Source of the DNA: Paraphysomonas bandaiensis
Lineage: Eukaryota > Protista > Chrysophyceae
Length of the DNA stretch: 29,043 bases
Direction: 5' to 3'
Assembly (NCBI GenBank): GCA_965644295.1
Contig: CBFFRP010000086.1
Span: forward strand, 1 to 29,043
The notes under the pieces were generated by a model, which saw nothing but the letters and a program-made list of their open reading frames with translations, was not told the origin of the DNA and made no database searches. The translations under genes and the position numbers were made by a program. Shown here piece by piece: positions 1 through 10,271 of this stretch; positions within the stretch are counted from its first letter, which is position 1, and the number at the start of each line of letters is the position of its first letter.

Positions 1-59
1 GAAATGTGATTGCAGTTGTCATGAAATGTGCTTGCAATTTTTGTGGATTCGAAGATTGT

Positions 60-200
60 CATTTTTGGGTGTTTGTGGCTCGAAAATCGGCGATTTTCTG
101 CAATTCTCAAAAATTGGGGATTTTTGGGTTTTTTGGGACTCAAAAATCGGAGGTTTTTGGAAAAGACCTATTTAGGCGTATTTCAGGGGGTTTTTGACTA
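60..200. repeat. Imperfect short subrepeats, possibly the edge of a transposable element
   Basis: Three related motifs (ctcgaaaatcggcgatttt, ctcaaaaattggggatttt, ctcaaaaatcggaggtttt) about 30 bp apart, with repeated tttttgg runs. The overlapping ORFs look spurious. Confidence 0.35.
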
Positions 201-572
201 TAAACGATGTAGGATATGAATCGTATGTAGTGTAGTACATGTTTGAGCATATTGTACGGTTGTGGTTGCATTCAATGTCCTGTGTATGAGGAGGAGTCTT
301 TAGACTAGGGGTCTGTCTTTCGTTTTGCTTGTAACTTAGTTTTTAATAATAATTCTCTATGAAATTAACATAGTTGGTTGACTGATCTGTCTATTGGGAG
401 CTTTAGATTGCAGGATACAGGGGAGCTTGTGTTTCTGGCTGTTGGTTTCTTAAAGAGTTATTATTATAGCATTCTGTTTTGTTGTTTCGATAAACAACCA
501 TTTCATATCTTTTCAGTGATCTTAGGTTGCAAGACCTGAGTTGTTCATAGAACGCTTGCATCCATTTGCAAC

Positions 573-965
573 TCGGGCCTACCACCCAACTTCTGGGAAC
601 AGGCTATGTCCACCGTCACGCATATGAAAAATCGCCTGCCATGCGCCACTGCAAAGGGATTCATATCACCGTATCAGTTCATCCACGACGAGGCCCCCGA
701 TTTATCTTACGCCAGGATTTGGGGCTGCAAATGCCATACATTCATAGACAAGTCTCAGAGAAGAAACGATTGGTCTCCACATAGCCATATTGGGTACTTC
801 ATGGGATACCAAGAAGATGGACCAGGGTACGTCATATATGTACCTTCACTCAAGGACTTCGTAATCTCAAGTCACGTCTTTTTCAATGAGTGCATCCCCG
901 ACGTCAAGGAAAACTACTACGCTGAAATCGAATCATCACTGAGAGAAGAAAATTCAGAGAATCGA
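573..965 (+). mobile_element. Ty1/copia LTR retrotransposon fragment (integrase C-terminus and SH3-like domain)
   Basis: In frame from 573: SGLPPNFWEQAMSTVTHMKNRLP...SPYQ...PDLSYARIWGCKCH...GYFMGY...GYVIY...VISSHVFFNE, matching copia SGLPxxFWxEA..NRLP / FGCxAY / GxFxGY / SRDVxFxE. No gag, RT or LTR seen; truncated on both sides. Confidence 0.88.
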
Positions 966-1730
966 ACGAACCGATTTACACAGTGCTACTATATATAAAC
1001 ATGGATATCTGATGCTTAGATATATATGTCAGTATTTTTCTATATTGTAGTGTCGTCTGCAATTATAGTCGGTATTGGTGACGTCATAGCTACCACACAC
1101 ATACATAATTTTGATGAAGATAATCTTAATAATAGTAAGAAGTAAGAAGAACGTTGTGATTAGAATGCAAGAGTGATGAGCAATGAACGCAGCAATTGAA
1201 GAAGTGAATATTGATGTAAAAAATAACTATCACGTGCAACGGAAGAATTAGATATATAACTAGTAACAACTCACAATGACGATCGTTATAGTGACGATCA
1301 TGAATCTTCAACAGATATCGTTTATTTTATTCAATTTGTGGTTTGTGATAGGTTTCATTGAACAGTATAAGTCACATATATAGTCGTATATTAGGAAGGA
1401 TCTTTGTAATATTGCACTTGTTAATCACACCTAGTAATATGAGAGAGATGAAAGTTACACAAGAAAAGAATTTCTCTTTGATATTGTTATAACACTAAGC
1501 ATGTCTGTTATGGAAATGACAAGATACTCAAAAGGTTTATACATTGTTTGCAAAGCAGTTGCTTGAGCTAAATCTGAAGGAAGCACATTGTACAGAAGAT
1601 AAATAGAAAGTGGCAAAGATATCCGGTAGTTTTCTCGTAACAAACACCTCTTTAGCAGCCGTATTATTCGTGTTACATAACCAAATTTCTAACAACTTCA
1701 AACAGGAATACCTACTTGGAAATCATACAG

Positions 1731-4667
1731 TTACTTGTGCTTACTACTGCCTTTCACATTAGATTTCGATTTCTTTTGTGCTATAGATGCCGCCAACTGT
1801 GCAGCCGATGTCGCAGATGAAATACCACCCTACAATATCCCATACCCCGTTATATTGTACCAAAAATATATAATAACTACCGACCTGGACAGTGATGTGT
1901 GCTTTCCCGGTGGCCTCTTGTGCTCTTGTAAGAGACAGCATTGTCCCCTGATCTGCAGATACACCACCGCGGGAAGACGATGACTTAGCCTGATTTTCAT
2001 ACTCCTGAAGAAGAAATGGCTTTAATTGACAAGTACAACACAGGCATCCCCACTCACCCTGTTTCTTTTTTCCTTCTTCTTTGTACCTGGGCCGAAGCCA
2101 TGGAATCTGTAACTGATCTGTCGAAACGCCTCTTTCTGAGTAAGCTTTCTGCCTTTCTCGTCACGATACTCCAGCTTCACGCCAAAGTCTTTACTAGAAG
2201 GGTCGATATCTCTAGTGTCCTTCGCACGACCGGCGAGCTCCTCTTTGCGGTTAAGGTCGCCTGTACCCTTAAGCATTTGTAATGTCGCTGCCATGCCCTT
2301 GAGAACAGGCTGTTTGTGTAGAAACTCAAGTTGGTCATCTTTTTCTTCGTCACTCTCTTCTTGATTACGGGTTTCTCCTTTTGACTCAGACCAGCCCCCC
2401 TCCATTTCCATTCCACTATCCCTCTCTACATCTACCCATTTCGAAGTAACCTTTCGGTCTTCCTCATCGTCTTCACTTCCCTCCTCAACATCCATATCCT
2501 TTAGGGCAGCCTCAGCCCTGGATCTAGCTTTCTCGTGCAGACGAGCCTGCAGACGAGTGGTGAATTCCGTCGTGCTCGTGAATACAAGGGTGCCATCTTT
2601 CTTGCGACCCTCTGCATCCAGTGCATCTGCGTCGTCTAAACCCGCAATACCAGTCATCTCTACTGTGTCACCATAATTAGTCCGTTGGCCAGCATCCTTG
2701 GATTTATCTTTTTCAGCCAGTCGTCTTGTGCGTTCTGCCACCACCACTGATGCTGCATCATCAGTTTGAGCTTCTGATCGCTGCTTCTCCTTGTTTTTCA
2801 GCAGTGCTATCCGTCTAGCCCGAGCCAGAGATTCTGAAATATCAGCATCATCTTCCTCGATGTCTATCTCCCCACCACCAGTAGCACTGGCAGCACGACT
2901 CTTCTCTTCCGCTGCGCGCACAGCGGCGTCATATGCCGCCCGCCGCTTACCCTCTTCCTCCATAATTTTTTCCCTACCACTTGCACCGTCCCGCCGGCCC
3001 CGGTGTAATCTCTCACCGTTACCCGAATCTTCTTCTTCGAGCTGAGCCTCAAGTTCCTCGATAAGACTACTACTGGTGCTCTCCTCTTTCTTTCGAATCT
3101 TCCGTTTTTTCTTTCGATCTTTTTTTGGCTTGGCGAAAGAAGCAAATTCAGCAGTTGTTAAATACTCTGCCATCTCTTTTGTGTCCACCTTAAGAGACTG
3201 TGGAATCGGTTTGTCACTACTAGAAATATCCATTGCCCCCTCATCGGTGGTCATCCCCTCCCCTGTCTCACCGAGCATCATTTTGGGTCCTGCTTTCTTT
3301 TCCTTGTCATACTGGGGGAGGATGGATGGGCGTGTACCAGGCACAACTCCCTCCTCAAATTCAGCGTCATCATAGCCAGCGTAAACTGGCTGTCTCGCCC
3401 GCTTGATCTGCTTTTCTCGTTCTGCCCGGCGTTCCTTCTCCGCCAAGTTAACATTCTCCAACACATCGCCTTCTTCATTGACTCCAAGTACTTTCCCGTC
3501 CTCGTCCGTGTTGAGAATAGAAGAGTCGGCCAGGGTCAACACCACCTCCTCTCCAGTTGAGAAGTCGTCAGTTCCGTGCATTACAGATAGCCCTTTCAAA
3601 TCCGCAGACGCATACATTACCTGAGATAAATAATTAGTGCTAGTGTAACTGATATTAGACCCGAATCAAATACCACGAACCTGCGATACATTTGCTTCCT
3701 CCTCTTCCTGTAACCGCTTGGCCGCTAGCTCTGCCGCTTGCTTGGCTTTCTCTTTTTCTGTTAACTCTTTACGCCGACTCCTCATCACCCATGCCGCGGC
3801 ACTTGAAAGACCCTCCTCATCTGCCTCACCAAGAGTTTTTCCATCTAGTTTTTCCTTTAACAAACGCTTGTTTTTCGCCTTCTCAATACGCTCCTTTAAT
3901 TCTGCTTGCTCTAATTTCCTACAACCAAAACGTATGTGACATTTAGCATACAGCGTATATAATACCTACTTTTGTTGCTCCTTGAAATTGTCCACGGCTT
4001 GCTGCAACTTAGATGGTTTGTCCGTGGTCAGAGGTTTCAGCCCTAATAGAGCTCTAATTCTGTTCGTTTCCTCGACAGAGCACGATATTTCACCGTTGCT
4101 CTCTGTAACTGCAGCCTTGATTTCATTTGTATCACTAAGATTTGTTTGTGTTTCCCTGTAATTAGTTGGTTCCTCATGCTGACGCTCCTTTGATGCTAAA
4201 ATTCGGTCTGAGGATCCTGAGGTAGCAGGTCCAGTCCGCTGTTCCCTTGATGCTGATCGCGACCTATACCGATGTCCCCTCGATGCAGAACGACTATCCC
4301 TCGATGCTGATCGCGACCTCTTGCGTCGACGGTCCCTCGATATAGAACGACGGTCCCTCGAAGCAGAGCGACTATCCCTAGATTCTGATCGAGACCTCAT
4401 GCGTCGACGATCCCTCGATACAGAACGACGGTCCCTCGATCCCGATCGCGATCTCCTGTAGCGACGACCCCGTGATATTGACCGTGCATCCCTTGATCCT
4501 GATCGCGACCTTTTGCGCCGACGGTCCCTCGATACCGAGCGGGAACTAGACCCTGATCTAGATCGTCTGCTGCGTGACCTAAACAGCATTATCATACATA
4601 TGGTGGTGATATTTAATTCAATGATTTATACGCACCGTCTGCTTCGTTTTCTAGACGAACTTGGCAT
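1731..4667 (-). CDS. SART1: U4/U6.U5 tri-snRNP-associated protein 1 (SART1/Snu66), 6 exons, about 886 aa
   Basis: Exons 4667-4636, 4578-3970, 3918-3681, 3620-2058, 2004-1885, 1829-1731, all with GT-AG introns and a maintained frame (2661 nt). HIND motif SVEETNRIRALLGLKPL, then YASADLKGLSVMH, VLTLADSSIL, and C-terminal VKLEYRDEKGRKLTQKEAFRQISYRFHGFGPG. Confidence 0.93.
4245..4578 (-). repeat. Coding RS-domain tandem repeat (about 19-aa unit, 5-6 copies) in SART1 exon 2
   Basis: Units such as RSRSGSRDRRSVSRDRRRM; recurring DNA motifs tccctcgat and gatcgcgacct on the + strand. Confidence 0.8.
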
Positions 4668-5300
4668 TATTATATGATTCTGCTGCACCAGTGAACAGTC
4701 ACTTTGCCCGCTGTAGTCTAGTCAACACTTACTATTGACTGGGGTTAATAGAATGTGATATATACACAGGTAGTTAGAGGAGATGCATATATATATATGT
4801 ATGTGTGTGTTGCTTCTAGTATATGTATGTATATGTACAGTATGTATAGGCTCCTGCTGCTGTATGTTTGGTGGTGTTGTATTTTAAGTACACAGTATTC
4901 TGCTGTAGGCTGCATTGTTTTTTAGAAACCAATACCCCGTATTTTTGTCACTATATTTTGTCATGAAAATCCAGATGTTCCAGTATATATGTTCGAAAAA
5001 TAGGGATATCTACATATCTACTGTATAAACATGTACACCTATTGCAGATTTGAAACCAGAAACCAGCTAATCTCTAGATAAATATCTGGATCCAAGAAGA
5101 AGGAAAGCAATTTATTCTGGAGCATATACAGAGTACAGCACTACATCATATGTATGTACATACGTACACATACAGCACCAGTATGCCATATACAGTCTCT
5201 ATATTCGTATCGTATCTGCTCATACTGTGTATATATGGCACTATTAATAGTTAAAGTGGTGCAGTTTCATACCCATCTCAATATAACTATCAAGTAAACG

Positions 5301-6559
5301 ATGCCGGTTATTATTCCCCCAGAATTGAAGCCTATTTCACCTTATATCCGAAGAGCTGAGGAGGTGAACATCTAACTACTTCATATGTATAGGTGTTAAT
5401 GGTGGAGTGTTTTGATATTTCAGCTCGAAAGGGACACAAGTAATCCAGATCACAAGGATATTGCATATTTTTGTCGTGCCTATGCTATGGAGAAGGCAAT
5501 GGAACTCAGAGCTCAGTGCTCCAGTGGTGATGTGGATCAATTCTTAATGACACTGATGACCGAATTAGAGAATACTAAAGCCTCTCTTCCACCTGGATTA
5601 TCCAGTCGCGGAAAGGTGCATATTATATTTGTTTTTGCTTTATAAGCTTTGATAGTGTCGTAGCCATTGTGTGAGAGCTTCGCGTTGTCACTATTCACGA
5701 GGGCTGACGAAGAAGATCGGGCAGGAGTTGCGAACAAAGAAACCGCCCGCATGTTCTATAATGGTAGTTAGAGTGTATGTAGCATATCGCCTACTTATAT
5801 ATATTTTAGCGTCATCATTTTTCGATATACTGAAGCAGTTTGGTGACGTTGATGAGGAGGTGTAATCCAACTTTCTCATATAACTTTCTCTTTAACAGTG
5901 TGCTATATAGATGGAAAATAAAAACAAGTACTGCAAGTGGAAGGCCACAGATATAATGAAGGCTCTTAAGGAAGGCCGAAAACCAACTCCTGGTGGCTAT
6001 GGGGAGGTTATATCTTTCGTTGAATGTAGTGTACTAGTGACATATTTTTGAGTAGGATGGTACTGGAGAGTCTGGTTCTACTGCTTCTGGTAGTGAATCT
6101 ACCCCAATTGAAGTTGATCCACCGAATTTTCCCCCTTCTGCTCCTACGCATAACCCAAATGAACGACTTTCTCTTGATGCCATTCCTCGTGCTCCCGGCC
6201 AGATCTCACCTGCTCCCCAGAATATATCTGCCCCTTCACAGGCAAACGACATTCCCTTTTGTCCACCACCCACACAGCAGCCGCAGTTTCCCCAGTACAC
6301 CCCACCTGCATCAAATTCATCCACCTTTTCAGCTAATACCGGAGTGACTACTTATAAGCCACCACCGAAAGCCAATAATATGGACATCAAATCCAAGGAC
6401 GCTCTTGAGCTTTGCGCCTTCGCTATGACTGCACTGAAGGTATGTTGTTGTTGTTCGTGTGTTGCTCTCTTGTAATGTAACAGTACTATGTTGCAGCATA
6501 AAGAATTGGAATTGGCAAAGGATAGATTACGCGAAGCGCTGAAAAGACTTGGGGACTAG
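5301..6559 (+). CDS. VTA1: VPS4 regulator VTA1/LIP5 (ESCRT pathway), 7 exons, about 315 aa
   Basis: Exons 5301-5363, 5424-5615, 5664-5763, 5810-5859, 5911-6006, 6056-6439, 6497-6559 (948 nt in frame). Motifs LKPISPYIRRAEE, IAYFCRAYAME, LFTRADEEDRAG, KYCKWKATDIMKALKEGRKPTPG, a Pro-rich linker and a C-terminal VSL helix pair (ALELCAFAMTALK...AKDRLREAL). Confidence 0.92.
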
Positions 6560-7224
6560 TGTAATTAGTGTAGTTCATTTTAGCTATTAACTAGCTACTG
6601 TCGCTGATATATACAGCGAGAACTCAGTTTGTCGAGTATCTATAGTGAGAAAATACTACTTATGATTAATAACTACTTAACTGACAAGTCCACACTGGTA
6701 CTTCTAGTGACTTTTCCTACAGTATTATTTATTCGTATTCACAATATCTTTGCTAAATATTGTATCTCGGTTTTTAAAATCATATGATACATGATAGTAC
6801 TCCGGCCCAGCCAGCCACGATGAGCGACTCAACCGATTTCGTAATGAGGAACTAACTTCGAATACTAGATAGAAGAAATGCACTTATTATCACCCAAATC
6901 TCATATTCTCCGTCTCAAGTGAACTAATGATGGCCGCGGCGATACCTGTTACATGTACGTTCAGAGCCTAATTGTTATAATTGTGCAACTACGCTGGCTG
7001 TGTCTTTTAACAGCATATTAGAAGGAAATGGAGTGCTTAAAATATTTAATAACGTCTAACTAGCACCAAGTTGTGATATCAAATTATCCAATTGTATAAA
7101 GTAAGTATAAACGTATTAAAAACATGCGGTAGCATTCGTTATAGACAAGGTAAAGTACTCCACAAGAGAACGACATAGCTTGTGGTTTTAATCATACACT
7201 CAATTATATAACTCTATATAACAA

Positions 7225-7515
7225 TCATAACGGTTTGTTTTTGTTGAGCCTTTCAATCTCAGATCGGAGGTCAGAAATTTCTTTTTCCTTTCTATCTAAT
7301 TCACGAATTGCCGTATTATAAAGCGTTATCATATTCTCCTCAACTTGAGACTTTTCGATACAAAGTAAACGCAATTGTTCTTTATATTCGTTAGTTTCAG
7401 CAACTAAAGCCTTGTTTTCTTTCATTACAGATTTTACTCTCTCTTGCAATAATTGTGCCTCTGCTGTTTTCGCTTTGGTTTCAAGATCACCATACAAGTC
7501 ATCTTCTTCATCCAT
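7225..7515 (-). CDS. 96-aa coiled-coil protein resembling the N-terminal domain of FLASH/CASP8AP2
   Basis: Clean ATG-to-stop ORF, divergent from the helicase gene. N-terminal DDLYGDL, a heptad coiled coil, and ENMITLYNTAIRELDRKEKEISDL, compared with the remembered FLASH segment [24 protein letters not shown]. Confidence 0.65.
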   Translation of the reverse strand: MDEEDDLYGDLETKAKTAEAQLLQERVKSVMKENKALVAETNEYKEQLRLLCIEKSQVEENMITLYNTAIRELDRKEKEISDLRSEIERLNKNKPL

Positions 7516-7889
7516 GTTGCCTACTTTATCCTAATCGTATCTAGAAACAGTTGATCCTCTCTGTCGTATCAGTTAAGTCTCTTAAACACACACACACAGC
7601 ACGTCACACACGACTAGGAATTCCTATATTAAACAGCTGCCTGTACTTGTCTTCAAATACACTGTATAACTCTGTATTCTCTCATACGGATATCTACAGA
7701 TTCATTCATAGGATGAACAGTTGCTGTGTGGTCCTCCTGTATTCTGTATTGATTGGCTGGCTGTGGATGGTTTGTCCACATATCAGTTAGGCTGCACACA
7801 CTGATGGCCATTTAATTATACAGTGAGATGATCTCCACATAAGTCCATCAGCACATAATTCTAATATATAACTTCATTAATAGAACAAG

Positions 7890-9632
7890 ATGGGAAAAGA
7901 AAGTAAGAAAGAAAAGAAGGTTGAAAAGGTGGGGAAGAAAGCAAAGAAAACATCAGTAGAAGCTGAGAATGATACAGTAATAGTTAAAGAAAAGAAAGAG
8001 AAGAAGGAAAAGAAAGAGAAGAAAGAGAAACGCAGTAATGATGAAGGTGAAGAGAAACCATCAAAGAAAGTCCGTGTTGCTCAAGATGCGACTCCTCTTC
8101 TTAATATTCAGAGCAATGAACCTGATATGTCGTTAATCCGTGAACGCAGAAGAACCCGGTCCATGTCCGATGCAGAGGATACAAAATTAGGCTCTATGTC
8201 CCCTGAAGAATTCCGCAAGTTGAATCAAATTACAGTTTTGTGTTCTTCTGGACAGTACGAATGCCCACCACCCATGTCTACTTTTTCTTCGACTCCATTC
8301 CACCCTCCTATCAGACGATCTCTGGATGCAGCGGGGTTTACTCACCCCACACCCACTCAGGCTCAGGCCTGGCCAATCGCTTTAGAAGGACGTGATGTTA
8401 TAACTGTTGCTAAAACAGGAAGTGGAAAGACCTGTGGTTTCTTGTTACCTGCCTTTCATCGCTTAATCACAGCTAATGCGGGGCGTCGTCGTGGCCCCCC
8501 AGCTATCCTCGTGCTCGCACCTACCCGTGAGCTTGCCTGTCAGATTGAACAAGAGGCAATAAAGTTCGGTCGATCATCTAATATGCGCTCCGCATGCTGC
8601 TATGGTGGCTCTCCCAAAGGTCTTCAAATCCGCAAATTGCAGCAAGGCATTGAAGTGCTTATCGCAACTCCTGGACGACTGAATGACCTCCTAGAAATGA
8701 AAGTCGTTGATTTGAGTCAGGTGTGCTTCCTCGTGTTGGACGAGGCGGACCGTATGCTTGATATGGGTTTCGAGCCTCAGATCCGAACGATTATTGCAAA
8801 GGTACCTACCGAGAGACAATCAATGATGTTCACGGCCACTTGGCCGAGGGAAGTGCAGACTCTTGCTAGAGAGTTCTTAAACCGGCCGGTCGAGATTCGC
8901 TTTGGTGATGTCAACTCTCTCAATGCAAACAAAGCAATAACTCAGGTTATAAAAATGGTTGCTGAAGGGGACAAAACTGATGCACTCAAGGAAGTTTTCA
9001 AGGAGATTAATCCCGAGGGAAATCCGATGAAGGTACCCAAGACAATCATATTTGTTTCCCGTAAGAGCGCCTGTGATAACATGGCGAACGAGCTCTGGAA
9101 TGCTGGGTATGCAGTGGATGCATTGCACGGCGACCGCCAACAATTCCAACGAACAAAGGTTATGGATCAATTCAAACGCGGAAGTCTGCGTGTTTTAGTT
9201 GCGACTGATGTGGCGGCTCGTGGTCTTGACGTAAAAGATATCGAGGTAGTTATCAACTATGACTTTCCTGGAGGTGTGAATGGCGTTGAGGACTATGTAC
9301 ATCGTATTGGTCGTACGGCAAGAGGAGGCGCAGAGGGAAAGGCATACACTTTCTTTACGAGGGATGATAGCAAACGAGCGGGACAATTGATTGGGGTTCT
9401 GCGGAGGGCGGAACAGGAAATTCCAGAAGAATTACAAGCGATGGGATCGAGAGGTGGAGGCTTTGGTGGTGGAGGCTACGGTCGTGGAGGAGGTAGAGGG
9501 GGATGGGGAGGGAGAGGTGGAGGGAGAGGACGTGGTAATTATGGGGGAAGAGGTGGTGGAGGAGGGTATAGCTATGGTAGAGGTGGGGGATCCAGGTCGG
9601 GATTTGGAGGTAGGGAGCAACGTAAATGGTAG
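7890..9632 (+). CDS. DEAD-box RNA helicase, DBP2/DDX5 (plant RH14/RH40/RH46-like) group, 580 aa
   Basis: Q motif GFTHPTPTQAQAWP, AKTGSGKT, PTRELA, TPGRL, DEADRMLDMGFEPQI, motif III TAT, ARGLD, HRIGRTAR. KKE-rich N-terminus, RGG-rich C-terminus, no introns. Confidence 0.95.
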   Translation: MGKESKKEKKVEKVGKKAKKTSVEAENDTVIVKEKKEKKEKKEKKEKRSNDEGEEKPSKKVRVAQDATPLLNIQSNEPDMSLIRERRRTRSMSDAEDTKLGSMSPEEFRKLNQITVLCSSGQYECPPPMSTFSSTPFHPPIRRSLDAAGFTHPTPTQAQAWPIALEGRDVITVAKTGSGKTCGFLLPAFHRLITANAGRRRGPPAILVLAPTRELACQIEQEAIKFGRSSNMRSACCYGGSPKGLQIRKLQQGIEVLIATPGRLNDLLEMKVVDLSQVCFLVLDEADRMLDMGFEPQIRTIIAKVPTERQSMMFTATWPREVQTLAREFLNRPVEIRFGDVNSLNANKAITQVIKMVAEGDKTDALKEVFKEINPEGNPMKVPKTIIFVSRKSACDNMANELWNAGYAVDALHGDRQQFQRTKVMDQFKRGSLRVLVATDVAARGLDVKDIEVVINYDFPGGVNGVEDYVHRIGRTARGGAEGKAYTFFTRDDSKRAGQLIGVLRRAEQEIPEELQAMGSRGGGFGGGGYGRGGGRGGWGGRGGGRGRGNYGGRGGGGGYSYGRGGGSRSGFGGREQRKW

Positions 9633-10271
9633 TTTGGCGTATTCTATCGAATGAGTTTACTTATATAGAGTATAAGGAACTGATATATTTTGTTTGCCAG
9701 TTCGAATCAACGTTATGTGATAATTATTACCAGTGATGATAATACTTTAGCATAGGTACTCTGCTGTATTCTTTACAATATAGTTAATTAATGACAATGG
9801 AAGTTAAATGAGTCACAGAGATAGAGTATTGTGAAATTTGTATGGGTTTACAGTGGCAATGTGTAAGGCTCTATCCTTGAATTGCGGTTTCATTGAATTG
9901 ATACTAGAATCCTTTGTGCATTCAATTCCTTTATATGTTATTGGTGATGCAAGTTTTTCCCTTGGTTTTCAGTGTAGTTTGTAGGGCAGTGTACTTGCTG
10001 AATTATCTGCGGAGAGATAATAGTATATTTTGACGATATGGGTGTTGGGGATTGCTGCTATGCGTAAACATGCCTTCATTCCTACATTTGCTATAGTAGT
10101 TTCTAAATTGTGTATTTCATTTTTCACTGACATAAAGAATACCAACTAGCATCCAGTAACAAAAATTAATATCAAGTTTATATATTATAGTGCTATTAAC
10201 TTGTTTGACAGGAGGTTATCTGTGGTATTATACAATATATGCATTTCCCATAATACATCTCTTGTGCTATC

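Noticed and set aside
2016-3946. Plus-strand ORFs antisense to SART1
   Set aside because: Ser/Phe-rich shadows of a Glu/Lys-rich coding strand.
6780-7000. GC-richer patch between VTA1 and the FLASH-like gene as U7 or a snoRNA
   Set aside because: No U7-type Sm site with a terminal hairpin and no convincing C/D box pair.
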